A stretch of DNA of 64,000 nt, from NCBI RefSeq assembly GCF_004010195.1, contig NC_057711.1, positions 70,725,018-70,789,017 of the forward strand, given 5' to 3'. The notes under the pieces were generated by a model. That model worked only from the letters and a program-made list of their open reading frames with translations. It did no database searches and was not told where the DNA came from. Source of the stretch: Chiloscyllium plagiosum. Taxonomy: Eukaryota. This document shows positions 51,091 through 63,393 of the stretch, piece after piece; position 1 is the first letter of the stretch, and each line of letters starts with the position of its first letter. The translations under genes and the position numbers were made by a program.

Positions 51091-54000
51091 CATAAGACAT
51101 AGGAGTGGAAGGAAGGCCATTTGGCCCATTGAGTCATGGCTGATGGGCATTTCCGTTCCACTTACCCACACTCTGCCCGTAGCCCTTAATTCCTTGCGCT
51201 ATCAAAAATTTTATCAATCTCTGCCTTGAAGACATCTAACATCTCGGCCTCCACTGTGCTCCATGGCAATGAATTGCTCAGGCCCAACACTCTCTGGCTG
51301 AAGAAATGTCTCCTCATTTCTATTCTAAATTGATCTCCTCTAATTCTAAGGCTGTGCCCATGGGTCCTAGTTTCCCTGCCTAATGGTAACAACTTCCCAG
51401 CGTCCACCCTTTCTAAGCCATGCGTTACCTTGTAAGTTTATATTAGATCTCCCCTCAACCTTCTACACTCTAATGAATACAATCCCAGGATCCTGAGCCA
51501 TTCATCATATGTTAGGCCCAGCATTCCAGGGTTCATCCATGTGAATCTCAGCTGGACACACTCTAGTTCCAGTATGTCCTTCCTGAGATGTGGGGCCCAA
51601 ATTGGACACAGTACTCTAAATGGGGCCTAATTAGAGCTTTATAAAGTCTCAGAACCACATCACTGCTTTTATATTCCAACCCTCTTGAGATAAATGACAA
51701 CATTACATTTGCTTTCTTAATATGACTCAACCGGAAAGTTAACCTTTGAGAATCATAGTCTAGCACTCCCAGATCCCTTTGTACTTTGGCTTTATGAATT
51801 TTCTCACCATTTAGAAAATAGTCCATGCCTGTATTCTTTTTTCCAAAGTGCAAGACCTCGCATTTGCTCACATTGAATTTCATCAGCTATTTCCTGGACC
51901 ACTCTCCTAAACTGTCTAAATCTTTCTGTAGCCTCCGTACCTCAGTACTACCTGCCTGTCCACCTAACTTTGCATCATTGGCAAACTTCGCCAGAATGCC
52001 CCTGTCCCTTCATCAAGATTATTAATATATAAAGTGAGCAACTGCAGCCCCAACACTGAACCTTGCAGGACACCACTTGTCACCAGTTGCCATTCTGAAA
52101 AAGAACCTTTTATCCCAACTCACTGCCTTCTGCCAGACAGCCAATCATCAATGTATGCCAGTAGCTCATCTTGACCACCATGGGCCCTCACCTTACTCAG
52201 CTGCCTCTCGTGAGGCACCTTATCAAAGGCCTTTTGGAAGTAGAGAGAGGTACTGAATTTCCCTGGTCTAACCTACCTGTTACCTCTTCAAAGAATTCTA
52301 ACAGGTTTGTCAGGCATGACCTCCCCTTACAAAGATGGAAATGTGTTGCTGGAAAAGCGCAGCAGGTCAGGCAGCATCTAGGGAACAGGAGAATCGACGT
52401 TTCGGGCATTAGCCCTTCTTCGCTGGGGGGAGGGGAAATGAGGAAACTGGTGAAGCCTTGCTGACTTGTTCTAATCCGACCCTACATTTCCAAGAATTTA
52501 GAAATCTTATCCTTAACGATGGATTCTAGAATTTTACCAATAACCGAGGTTAGGCTAATCGGTCTATAATTTTCCATCTTTTGTCTTGATCCTTTCTTGA
52601 ACAAGGGGTTACAACAGCGATCTTCCAATCATCTGAGACTTTCCCTGACTCCAGTCATATTTGAAAGATCACAACCAACACTTCCGCTATTTCCCCAGCC
52701 ACTTCCCTCAGAAATGTAGGATGTAGCCCATCGGGGCCAGGAGATTTATCAATTTTTACACTTTATAGCTTTTCCAGCACTTTCTCTTTTGTAATGGCTA
52801 CCATACTCAACTCTGCCCCTGACTCTCCTTAATTGTTGGAATATCACGCATGTCTTCCACTGTAAAGACTACGCAAAGTATTTATTAAGCTCTTCAGCTA
52901 TTTCCTTATCTCCCAGCACTAGCCTTCCTGCAGCAATTTGGGACAGCCCAATGTCTACTTTTGCCTCTTGTTTGTTTCTTGTGTATTGAAAGAAATGTTT
53001 ACTATCATTTCTATTATTACTGGCTAGCTTACCTTCATATTTGATTCTCTCCTTCCTGATTTCTCTCTTTGTTGTCCTCTGTTTGATTTTGTAGTCTTCC
53101 AAATCTTCTGATTTCCCAGTGCTCTTGGTCACTTTATAGGCTCTCTCTTTTTTATTTCTTTGATACACTTCCTGACTTCCTTTGTCAGCCATGGTTGTCT
53201 GTCTATTACCCCCAAATAATCTTTCTCTTCTTTGGGATGAACCTCTGTACTGTGTCCTCAATTTCCCCCAGAAACCCCTGCTATTGATGCTCTACTGTCT
53301 CTGCTTCCAGTTGATTTTGGCAGTTCCTCTCTCATACCCCTGTAATTACCTTTATTTAACTATAACGCCAATACATTTGAATTTTGCCTTCTCTCTTTCA
53401 AACTGCAGACTGAATTCTACCATATTATGGTCGCTGCCTCCTGAGTGTTCCCTTACCTTAAGATCTTTAATAAAGTCTGGCTCGTTATATAGCACTAAGT
53501 CCAGAATAGTATGCTCCCTAGTGGTCTCCATCACAAGCTGTTTCAAGAGCCATCCTGTAAGCATTCCATGAATTTCTCTTCTATGGATCCACCAGCAATA
53601 TTATTCACCTAGTTCATTTGCATACTGAAGTCCCCATGATCACCGTGATCTTGCCTTTCTGACATGCCCTATCTATTTCCCGGTACATCTTGCGTCCCAG
53701 GTTCTGACCACCTTTGGGAGGTCTGTACATAACTCCCATCATGTTTTTTTTTACCTTTGTGGTTCCTCAACTCCACCCACGCAGACTCCATGTCATCTGG
53801 CCCTATGTCATTCAGTGCCATAGATTAATCTCATTCTTAACTAACAAGGCCACACCGCCCCCTCTGCCCACCTCCTTTTCTTTTTGATAAGTTGTAAATC
53901 CTTGGATGTTTAAATGCCAGTCCTGAACTCCCTGCAACCACGTCTCTGTGATGCGTACCACATCATAATCATTCACGATGATTTGTGCCGTTAATTCATC

Positions 54001-55400
54001 TAATTTGTTACAAATACTATGAGCATTCAGGTAAAGCACTTTAATGTTAATTTTCATATTCTCATGTTTTCCAACACCTCTAGTGATATCTCCTAAGTTA
54101 TCCTTCCTTTTTGCTTCATTCCTTGTCTACCTTGAACTTAAACCCTGCACCCATGCTAACCTGCTAGTTATCTTTCTACTTGACTCCATACTCCCTGTTG
54201 CTTTGCCTTTCCCTTCCCCCCGACTCACAACTTTCAAGTCCAAGTGACCACCCTATTTATCCTTTTCGCCAGAATATTGGTTCCAGATTGGTTCAGGTGG
54301 AGACTATCCCATCGGTACAGATCCTCCCGGTTCTAAAACTGATCCCAATATCCCATGAAATGGAATCTCTCCTTCCCACACCAATCTCTTAGCCACATGT
54401 TTACTTCCCTAATTTTCTTATCCTTATGCCAATTAGCATGTAGCTCGGGCAGTAATCCAGAGATTATGACCCTTGAGAACCTGTTCTTCAATTTCCTTCC
54501 TAATGCTTGATAATCTCCAAACAGGTCCTCCTTCCTGGCCTTGCCTATGTTGTTACTACAACTGGACCCTTTCCCTCCCGGTCCAATATCCTTTCAAGCC
54601 GTTCAGAGATGTCCTGCACCCTGCCAGGCAGGCAATGCACCATGTGGGACTCCTGATCCAGCTCACAAAGGATACTATCTATCCCCCCAATTACAGAATT
54701 CCCTATAACAACTACTTGTCTTTTTGCTCCCCCCTCTTGAATGGTCTTATGCACCATGGTGCCATGGTCAGCTGGCTCATCCTGTCCACAGTCCTTTCTC
54801 TCATCCATACAGGGAGCTAGGATCTCATACCTGTTGGACAAGGTCAAGGACTGAGGCTCCTCCATTCCTGAACTCAGAATCCCCCTACCTGCCTCACTTA
54901 CTGTCACACCCTGTTGACCCTGCTCACTAACTGAATTTGAATTACTTAATCTACCAAGTGTGAATGCCTCCTGAAATAAAGTATCCAGGTAACTCTCCCC
55001 CTCCTGAATGTGCCACAGTGTTTGAAGCTCAGATTCCAGATCATCAATTCTGATCCAGAGTTCTTCCAGCACCCAACACTTGCTGCAGATGTGGTCACTG
55101 CCATTCACAATGGGATCAGCCAGCTCCCACATCATAGAGCTACAGCACATCACCTGTCCAGCCAAATCTACTTATTTAATTAATTTATACAAATTTATGA
55201 GTTAAATAATTTTGCGTACTTCTCTGGTCTTATTCAATTAATCAACTAACAGTAAATTTTTAATCAATCACACGATACAGAAGAAATATCAAATGAAATG
55301 CCTTGCCTTAGCAACACATGGGAGTGCTTTTCTTTGGCTAAAGGAGGAGGGTGGGTAGGAGTCACTACATGTGTAATGTCTTGGGATTCAGCAGCATTTT
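51091..55400 (-). mobile_element. Full-length (~4.3 kb) degenerate CR1 LINE
   Basis: ORF1 54545..55165 has a Cys-rich motif, coiled coil, LSNRYEIL and VVVIGNSVIG esterase. ORF2 has APE KVLYLNAHSICNK..ITETWL and GGSDHN, and RT KGRSCLTNLLEFFEEV. Tail (CTTATG)-type at 51091. Confidence 0.95.
52335..52452 (-). mobile_element. Short hammerhead-family insertion inside CR1 RT
   Basis: The minus strand reads GAAGA-A-GGGC-TAAT-GCCC-GAAAC-GTC-GATTCTCCTGTTCCCTAGATGCTGCCTGACCTGCTG. It interrupts the CR1 just before KGRSCL. Confidence 0.85.
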
Positions 55401-55850
55401 AAATATGGATTTTAGCTATAAGAAAAGATTACAGAAATGGAACATACTCTCCTTGGAGCAGAGAAGATTTAAGAGGTGACCTTATTGAGATGTTCAAAAT
55501 TATGAACAATTTTGACAGGGTAAAGAAGAATATTCTGTTTCCAAAAGTTAGTATGGCAGTAACTGCAGGTCACAATTTCAAAATTGTCAACACCAGAACT
55601 AGGGGTGAGTTGAAGAGAAAATTCTTTGCTCAGAGTTGTTAGGATTTAGAATGCACTGCCTGGGAGAATGGTGGAAGCCGACTCCTTAGGAGATTTCAAA
55701 AGAGAGCTGGATATATATTCGAAGGTGAAGAATTCAGAGGTCTATGGAGATAGGGCTGAAGAAAGGGATAGCTGGATGACTATTTGCCAGCACAGCACAG
55801 TGGAGTCATGTGAGCAGCACCGCCTACTTTGAAGATTTAAAGGTTCTGTT
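55400..55850 (+). mobile_element. CR1 3' end (continuation of 50470-51090)
   Basis: SLEQRRFKR.DLIEMFKIMNNFDRV and NALPGRMVEADSL. Confidence 0.85.
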
Positions 55851-56464
55851 GAATATACAACAAATGACAATGACTCTACTTGAGTTTTAAAGGCCAACCT
55901 CCAGGAAAGGCAGTGAATTTCTGCTGAATGGATTAATACTGCAGAACAAGTCAACATAGTCATCCAAAGCTATCATGGCTGGTTTCACGAAGTGAAAGAA
56001 ATGTGATGGTCAGGATCCGAAGAAAGGTAAATGAAAATCAGTTTCTCAACTTTGTATCTCATTATACAAATATCAAGCATATTACAAGCCTAAGGAGAAA
56101 CTCTTGCACCCTCTGGGAGATACAGTTTGAACATTCTTCAGACTAATACTTCTTTACAAATATATGTTCTTTATGTCAAATTTGTATAAGAAACTTCTTT
56201 TAAAGGTATTGTTGGCAGCTCAGTAACAGCAAGTAGGTTATGGTGTTTCACCACTGTTCAGGGGTTTTTAGTGAGATCATCAGCAGTGGGAGCACAGAGT
56301 AGTCATGTCTTAGTTCTTCTAAGAGAGATCCATCAAGAGCTTTTCTTTCACACAATGATGTTTTTAGGGCTGGTACCTGGATATATAGACTGATGCTTCT
56401 GTAGCAAATACCACCTGAACAGTGAATAAGAGCAATTGTTATTCGCTAAGACTATGTGGTCAAT

Positions 56465-56518
56465 GAATCTCCTGTTCCCTGGATGCTGCCTGACCTGCTG
56501 TGCTGTTCCAGCAATAAA
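56465..56518 (+). mobile_element. 54-bp hammerhead-family insertion with a 70-bp flanking duplication
   Basis: GAATCTCCTGTTCCCTGGATGCTGCCTGACCTGCTGTGCTGTTCCAGCAATAAA lies between identical copies at 56395-56464 and 56519-56588. Confidence 0.92.
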
Positions 56519-59500
56519 GCTTCTGTAGCAAATACCACCTGAACAGTGAATAAGAGCAATTGTTATTCGCTAAGACTATGTGGTCAATTCAAGACCCCTG
56601 GGGGTGCCCACAAAGATGCAGTATACAACTCTGCACTTGAAGGAATCCTGTCCCATCAGTGAATTCTTTGTTTCCTGTGCAGTTCATAACTTCTTTCCAC
56701 AGGAACATGATACAACTGTTGCAAACGTATAAACTTATCAGTCAATAAATGTGGGCACTACAGACAGCCTGATGTGGCAAGTGTTTCTCTGGATGACTGG
56801 AAAGAATCTGGTAGGAATAAAACCTTTTGATCCACAGGCACAACCATCCTGAATCCAGATGTTGTGAGCAAGTCCCTCTGTAGTAGATTGTGTAATTCTA
56901 TAGAAAGTTGCCTTGTGAAGTGACAGATTAGAACTCATCATACATCTGGAGTACTCTATAAGTGTGGATCCTACAGTTCAGAGAGATTTCAGTATAATAT
57001 ATGAGTGTTATGTATATTTGTTGGCCCTTCATAAGCTTCTCTTCACCTGAATTATATAGCATATTTATATTTAGCATCTTTGTAATATATGCTGTTCAAT
57101 GTTCAAAATAAAAATGCCAAATAGCACCTCATAAGTATCTAGCTTCTTTCTTTGTCTACAAAAATAAAACCAAGCTATTTTCTCATTACATCCAGAATGC
57201 AATCCAAGTATGGAAACCTAACTAACACCAGTGGGGTTTTGTTGTTGGAAATTTAGGGTTGGAAAACAATCTGAATGATATTGGCTCTAAAATACATATT
57301 GTAGCACAGTAAAAATACAAAAATGTCATGAGAAATTATGGATACTTCAAGTAGCTCCTTATGACTTGCTGGGTAAATAAAGTTATTGCTATGATGTTGA
57401 GCTGTACAGACCAGGAAGACATCAGATTTGATACCTGACCTGTTTTCAACTGCTTAATGCCAGCCTGTATAATGGCAAGGCTATTTCTGTTCTCAGTATT
57501 CTGAGAGGAGAAATAAATCAGCTGCTGTTCACTTTTCAGCATTAATGTGCATGTTCATACTAATATATACACGTGCATAGGAATATAATCTAATTGTGCT
57601 AATGTACAGATAGCTTTCCCAAACTTACCATGATAAATTGATATTAGCTCCCATGTTCATTTTAGATTCTATTGTGTGTCATCCTCCTTTTTTTTCTGAG
57701 CACATGATATTAATGCTTGTGGAAGCTTCCTATAATCTTATACCATTGACATGGTGAGTGAGGTTGACAATATAGAAAACTTGGACAGTTTCTGACATTT
57801 CCCTTTTGCTTGGTTGTTTCTGAACCTCTTTGTGTTTGCATTAGTACACCTTAACACTTACCTTGCTGCTTGTTTCATTGTGTTGTACTGTCTTGCTGGT
57901 CACCTGTGTTTTGTTCTGAGGTCTCACTTGACCTGTGGAACCAGCTTTCTTGCACATCTGTATCTGGGACCCTATGGTTCAGCATACATTACAGATATCA
58001 AGAAATGAAGAATAGGTTTTGGGTAGCAATTACAGATTTTGTTGGTTTGGTGCACTTTGACTGTAGCAATAATGTTGGTTAAATGTAAAACCTTAAATGT
58101 AGTTTCATACATGCATCCATCATCGAGTCATCTGTCTCTTTTTGCTCTTCTTTTTGCCCAACAGATCCTTCCAAAAGGATTCATTTGGAGGTGATCACTA
58201 ATTCAATGAGCCTCACTAACAAATCCTCTCAGAAGAGTCATAGTCCAATAAACTGGTCAATAGGCTGTTGGCATTGCTGTTCGTATGTCATGAGGTAAAG
58301 TGTTAATCCTGAAGCTAATTCTTCATTTGAGTTGGGCTTCAAGAACTTTCAAATCTTTTCAGAATCATTCTGAATGCCTGCAGAAAGCGCAATGTGTTAA
58401 TTCTGTGAGGCCCCTCCTTTCCAGTGGCAAACAAGGATTTTAAAGCTGTCCATTGTTTGTTCTATAAAATGGCATTACATTTGTTGGCATATAGATGTAT
58501 CCAGCAAATGGGTCACTAGGTGCCCATTCCATAATAAGATTTCTAACATCCACAGTTCTACCTTTTAAAATGATGAATGTACAGAATCCGCATAATTTTT
58601 ATAAAAACAACCTTAACTTGTTCCAGTGATATTTAGCAGTGCTCTTCTTAACAAATAAATTCTGGAGCTGGTATTGCTGTGAGAGAGATTTTTACTTTAG
58701 TTTCACTTTCATAAACAAAGCATCCTGTGCTTTCAGCTATCTGTAATATATTAGGTTTCAGATTGAGGGTGGACTACAGCTATTTACTTTTATCTTTTAA
58801 ATGAAGTAATTATGGATTTTCATTTAACTTCAAGTCTTAGATTCTGATGAAGAGCAATTAACTTTCTTTTCATACAAATGAATGCCTTCTCTACAAATCT
58901 ATATAACTATCTCTACTCACAGGATCTGATACTGATGCTTGTCCAAATTCTTTGATGGCAAGAGCTGTTGTCCAGATGATCTTCATTAAGTTTTCCAAAT
59001 GAGTATTACTGAGATCTTAGAGTCTTTTCTTTATAGATGGCCACCATTCCTAACCATGATATGGGTTTTTTCTCATGCCGCAGCGATGCTATGTTATCCC
59101 TCACAATATTAGAAAGTAGAAGTGGTTAACATGGTATTGAATGATCCAACAGACATTTACTCATGATATATATAACATCCACAGGTACAACTAATGGGCT
59201 ACTATTAGATAATATAGCTAAAGCAGAAAAGCATGCTTCTCATAGCATGCCATACTTTAGGTGATCAGAGTTAAGATGGATTCTAGACTTTTATACTATC
59301 AAGTTACATGCTGTGATACTGTGGTGATATAATGAGCACATGTTCATTATATACTGTATCTCTTAAAGCTATATAAACTGTGGGACATACCATCACATGT
59401 AATTTGCCAAATTTCTTGCATACTATAAGTATCTCTTGTATAGGAGGAGCATGTATTTGAGAATCAACTTAATCATATTGTTCCATTGCATTTTAAACAA

Positions 59501-59664
59501 CTTATTCCACATTGCTGCTCACCACACCAGATTCAAAAGAGTGGGATAGAGAAGGACCCTGTGCTCCTGAAAGAGGAAGTGGGGACAGCAATTTCATAAA
59601 GAGAGCATGGTATCAACCCCCTTTCAAACAGGATGAGCGAGCACAGGAGAACAGCTTTAGAAAG

Positions 59665-60310
59665 ATAAGAGTGGACCCACAAGAAATAGAAACAGGAGTA
59701 GGCTGTTCCACCCCTGGAGCCAGATCTGCCATTTCAAAAGGCTCATGGCTGATCCACTTTCCTGCATTTTCCCCATAACCCTTGATTCTCCGGCTGATCA
59801 AGAATCTATCTGTCTTAGCCTTAAATATACACAAGGACTCTGCCTCTCTGGCAACTCTCTCCAAAGACTCTTAATCCTATGAGAGAAGAAATTCCTCATT
59901 TCAGTCTTAAATTAGCACCCCTTTATTCTGAGACAATGCTCTTTGATCCTAGACTCACCAATGAGGGGAAATGCCCTCTTGGCATTTACCCTGTCAAGCC
60001 CATTAAGAATCCTATATGTTGCAACGAGATCATTTCTCATTCTTTTGAACTGCAGCAAGTAGAGACCCAGCCCATGTGGCCTTTGATCATAAGACGATCC
60101 CTCCATACCAGGGATCATCCTAGTGAATCTTCTATCACTTGTCTCTAATGCTCTCTTTAAATAAGGGGAAACCAAAACTGCTCACAGCACTCCAGATGTA
60201 CTCACCTGCACCTCGTGCAGTTGCAGTAAGACTTCCCTATTCCTGCTCTCCAATCCCCTTGAAATAAGGGCCAACATTCCATTAGCCTTCCTGATTATAT
60301 GGTGCATCTT
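59665..60310 (-). mobile_element. CR1 LINE 3' portion
   Basis: ORF 59912..60175 RRFTRMIPGMEG...DLVATYRILNGLDRV. Confidence 0.9.
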
Positions 60311-61765
60311 CTCCTGTTTACCTTTAATCTGAAAGTAACTTAGAATACACGGCCACATTAGCAGCTATTACAAACCTGTGTGAGATGAGCTGCAGGAGTT
60401 AAAACCAATGATAGCCCCTTCAAACAGTTTATACCTGGAATTTGGCGTTTGGCCATTCCATATCCCTTTTGATTGGTCAGGTGGTTAAATGAGGAGACAT
60501 TATTGCAGCCAACAAATACTGTTATGAAATTCACTCTTAAAATATTTTAATCTCCAGGTTAATTAATTAAATAGAACAAAGGTGACTGGGCAGGTGATGT
60601 GCTGAAGCTGTAGTATGTGGGGGTTGCTGGAAGCTAGTGTGACCACATTTGCAGAAAGTGTTGTCTGCTTGAGGAACACAGCTCAGAGTTGATGAGCTGG
60701 AATCCAACTTGCAGATACTGTGACATATCAGGGAGGGGAAGAGGTGCCTGGATGCTGAGTTACAGGAAACAGTCATATCCTTCAGATTAATACTTCAAAT
60801 TTGGTCTGTGATCAAGGACAGGAGGATATGACTGTGAGTGAGGCAGGTGTAAGAATCCAGAATGTGACTGTAATGGAGACCCAGCCACTGCCTCTGACAA
60901 TTAAGTATGAGGTTCTTGCTCCCAAGGTGGATGAGGATACAGTCTGCAGGGAGGATAAGTCAACTGACCACATCACTATGGTCCAGAGGTTCATTCAAGT
61001 GCAGGGAAAGAAGAGAAATGCAGTCAAATAATTAATAGTATGTTAAGGGTATTGTTACTGTTAACTGCAGCAAAGACAAAGTCCCAAAGGCTGGGTTACC
61101 AACCTGGTGCCAAGGATTAGACATCTGTCTGGGCTACAGGATAAGTGAATCACATAACTAGGATTGTACATAGTGCTTTAAACTAACTAGTGAGAAGAGG
61201 AGGGTTCAATTTAAGTTTAAACAATCAAACAGAGCAGAGGTGTAGGGTAATGAAGAGGTTAATGATAATCAATGTGTGATAGGAAGGGGTAGAAAATATA
61301 AGGAGAAGAGTGCAGAAGAAATCAATACCAGAATAAGGAGCAATGGGAAAACATCCATGCTTAAGGCTCTTTACCTGAATCTCTCAGTATTTGTGACAAG
61401 TCAGGTGAATTGATAGCACAAATAGAAATAAATGAATGTGACTTGATAGCTGTAACATAATTGTTGGTGAAGATTGAATAACACTCAAAGACAGAGTCAG
61501 AATTAATGGGTCTTTTTCAGGTTGGAAAAGTGTAACTAGTGGAGTGCCACAAGACACAGTCCGAGAGCCTGAAAAATTTACTACCTTCATTGATGACATG
61601 GAGAAGGGGCAAAATATAAAGTATCTTAATTTTCCAATGATACAAAAACAGGTGGGAGGGCATATTGCAATGAGGACATATGGAATCTGCACGTGAACTT
61701 AGATGGAGTAAATAAGTGGGCAAAAACTTGACGATGGAATGCAGTGCAGGTAAGTCTGAAGTTAT

Positions 61766-62391
61766 TTTTAGGTTTTATGTTTTCTTGTCATGTATATTCA
61801 AGTACATTGAAAATTGTTGAATGTCGCCATATATGGCACCATCTTAGGTACAAAGAACCTAATCACAAAATCTTTGTTACAGAAATAGAAAAATAATAAA
61901 TAAGTTGAAAAGTTCAGCACTACATTCATCTTAGCATAAAGTAGAAAAAAAAAAGAAACCAAGTTAAAATGTTAAACAGTGTAATCATTTCTTAAGTCAC
62001 AGGCCTGCAGATGCTCCAAGCTGGGCTTTCCCAAGAGAGCCCACTCTCCCCTTTGCCAGGCATACTTTCATCCTCACTGGGCTAAGACCCTTCTGGGCAT
62101 GCCAGGTTTCATTGCTGCGCACAAGGCTTCCTCCCTGACTACCGCCATGTTGCTGACCACCTGCTGCACCATCTTTCATTGCCAGCTGCTGCCTTGCAGC
62201 TGCTGTCAATCAGGCTGACAATGGGTGTCAGCCTCTACAATGCTTTGTCACTGCCACTGCCTCCACAGACTCCAAACAGTAAGAAAGAAATGCAAACTAA
62301 AACAAAACTGAGAAAGGAAGAATAAAAGGGGAAAGAAGAAAGGAAAGTGGGTGGAATGCATGAGATTGCTGACTCCACTGCCACCATCTTG
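61766..62391 (-). mobile_element. Non-coding ~625-bp retroposon with CAAGATGG start and Rex1-like tail
   Basis: Interrupts the CR1 RT. Degenerate TSD GAAGTTAT 61758-61765 and GAGGTTGT 62392-62399. Confidence 0.6.
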
Positions 62392-62677
62392 GAGGTTGTG
62401 CACTTTGATAGAAGGAATTAAAAAAAGCCAGTTGTTATCTCATGGAAGACAGATACTGAAAAAACTGCAGTTCAGAGGTATCTAGGTGTTTTGTGAAAAA
62501 ACATAAACATTAGCAAGTAAATGCAGAAAATAATTAAAAAGGTAGATGGAACTTTGATCTTTATTGCTCGGGGCCTAGGGTTTAAAAACAAAAGTCTTGC
62601 TCCAACTGTACGAGATGTTGCTGAGGCCATACATGGAGCACAGTGTACAGTTTTGATCCCCGTATTCAAAATAGGAT

Positions 62678-63393
62678 TGTTATGAAGATGTGGATGTACT
62701 GTACCTTTAAGCAAGTTAGAAGCTGGCAGAACTACCTGACACAGCACCAAGTGTTCTCAATAAGGTGACAATGTAATATTTGGTCGAAAGCTAGATTAGC
62801 TGGGTTGCCTGGAAATGACAAAACATAATCAAATTACTCAAATCTATTTAAGTTATTCCCCAAAAATACCAAATTCCAATCAAGTTTGAATTCAATACAT
62901 TGACAATCTTAAAAGCCAATGACACAATCCGATGTTTTGGGGGTATAAGACTGGGGAGAATTGAACAGTTGAGAGGAGAACTGCCACACCACCAGTATGT
63001 AGAGACTGCCCAAAAAATAGCTCTCTTAAAGGTACCTTTATTGAACCATGACTAGTGAAGCATAATCCCTAAAAAGAACAAAAGAAGTCACACAAGATCC
63101 AAATAGAAGATCCACCAGCCGGCTGGTTTGAAAAATTGAATTTTTCGTAAATCTTAATTGGGGAGTTTTATCGGACTAGTATTATAGAAGGGAAGGTAAA
63201 AGATAGGTCAGATGAAGAAGTTGGAAATAGTTGTTAGTTAATTATTCTCTGCTATACTTTAAGAAATAAGGTTGTTAATTTTTACTTTAAATAGTTCTTA
63301 GCCTCTCCAATTTTCACAGAGTACTGCACAGGATAAATTTTTTCTGTGTTGCTGATTTAAATTAAGCAGGAGAGTTTACCCCGTGTTGCAACA
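62678..63393 (+). mobile_element. Solo LTR (716 bp, Gypsy-like)
   Basis: TGTT...AACA termini. 4-bp TSD GGAT at 62674-62677 and 63394-63397. TATA-like TATAAG at ~62944. It interrupts the CR1 cleanly. Confidence 0.9.

Noticed and set aside
58843..58870. CTGATGA motif as another hammerhead
   Set aside because: No stem II or GAAA core follows. At most a deleted remnant.
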